From Aliivibrio fischeri ES114 (lineage in GTDB: Bacteria > Pseudomonadota > Gammaproteobacteria > Enterobacterales > Vibrionaceae), in NCBI RefSeq assembly GCF_000011805.1, contig NC_006840.2: a DNA stretch of 32,000 bases; one strand, 5' to 3'. A program made the translations under genes and the position numbers. Below, one piece after another: positions 31,361 to 32,000 of the stretch. Every line of letters starts with the position of its first letter. Position 1 is the first letter of the stretch. The notes under the pieces were generated by a model. It saw only the letters and a program-made list of their open reading frames with translations, had not been told where the DNA came from and did no database searches.

Positions 31361-32000
31361 TTAGCCTTTATAAATTTTAGGATTAAACACATCTCTTAAC
31401 CAGTCACCCAGTAAGTTAATCACTAAAACTAAGGTAACTAAAACAAGTCCTGGGAAAGCGGTTATCCACCACGAACCAGAGAAAATGTAGTTAAAACCAA
31501 TACTGATTAAAGAGCCTAATGAAGGTTGGTCAACAGGTAAACCTAACCCTAAGAAAGACAGCGCTGCCTCTGACATAATCGCATTAGCAATTTGAACCGT
31601 TGAGATAACCAAAATAGGCGATAAACAGTTAGGGAGAATATGGCGGAACATGATGCGAGGAGAACGGAACCCCATGACTTTTGCAGCCTCTACATACTCT
31701 TTTTTCTTCTCAGCAAGCACTGATGCGCGAATAGTACGAGCATATTGTGGCCATTCAGCAACACCAATGATCACCACAAGCATAACAACAGCATACTGGC
31801 TAAAAAACTCAGTCCCAAAACTGGCTTTAAAAATAGCCGATACAATGATTGCAACCATCATCGTAGAAAAAGATAACTGAACATCGGCAAATCGCATTAA
31901 AAAACTATCAATACGTCCACCAAAATAACCTGCAGATAAACCAATAATAATCCCCAACGCTAATTGCACACCAACCGCAAGAAAACCAATAGTCAATGAC
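31361..32000 (-). CDS. ABC transporter permease, peptide/nickel (DppC/OppC-like) family; 3' portion only, gene continues past the window edge
   Basis: 211 aa visible. EAA-loop region YVEAAKVMGFRSPRIMFRHILPN. C-terminal INLLGDWLRDVFNPK is typical of DppC/OppC-type permeases. Confidence 0.85.
   Translation of the reverse strand, partial: SLTIGFLAVGVQLALGIIIGLSAGYFGGRIDSFLMRFADVQLSFSTMMVAIIVSAIFKASFGTEFFSQYAVVMLVVIIGVAEWPQYARTIRASVLAEKKKEYVEAAKVMGFRSPRIMFRHILPNCLSPILVISTVQIANAIMSEAALSFLGLGLPVDQPSLGSLISIGFNYIFSGSWWITAFPGLVLVTLVLVINLLGDWLRDVFNPKIYKG

Overview
AT-rich chromosomal segment. Gene content suggests a marine gamma-proteobacterium of the Vibrionaceae (Aliivibrio/Photobacterium/Vibrio-like); that assignment is inference only. 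I support about 27 protein-coding genes. I found no rRNA, tRNA, CRISPR array, transposase or integrase. Left to right: (1) gor (glutathione reductase) and a short TetR-like regulator. (2) A short trimeric-autotransporter adhesin with a YadA-type anchor and an unusual repeat-built passenger. (3) A minus-strand Scs/DsbD-type periplasmic thiol-reductase cluster: a small Cys/His membrane protein, a DsbD/ScsB-like reductase, a TlpA/ScsD-like thioredoxin and a DsbA/ScsC-like protein. (4) A cytoplasmic protein ending in CGCGHHHHHNHAH. (5) A four-gene operon matching the PknT/EcfP kinase-activated ECF sigma factor module: a Hanks kinase, a secreted protein, an ECF sigma factor with NSTT in place of the sigma2.2 DAED motif, and a second secreted protein. 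(6) A divergent pair of an outer-membrane beta-barrel and a 923-aa cadherin-like lipoprotein. (7) The most interesting region, about 17.6-25.5 kb. It is an operon encoding a stand-alone PRD protein, a Gly-rich SFCGS protein, DUF4312, DUF4311, DUF4310, an amidohydrolase, a DgaE-type PLP ammonia-lyase and a KDGP aldolase, followed by an MtlR/LicR-type PRD/EIIB/EIIA regulator. It has PTS-style regulation and a phospho-sugar-acid pathway but no recognisable EII, kinase or other transporter. I read it as a candidate undescribed PTS-linked uptake system. (8) A SPOR-like secreted protein plus a small acidic protein. (9) A cNMP-CBS-DUF294 nucleotidyltransferase paired with a DEDDh exonuclease. (10) A BCCT osmolyte transporter and the 3' part of a peptide-type ABC permease. 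All family names come from motifs read by eye; no database search was run.
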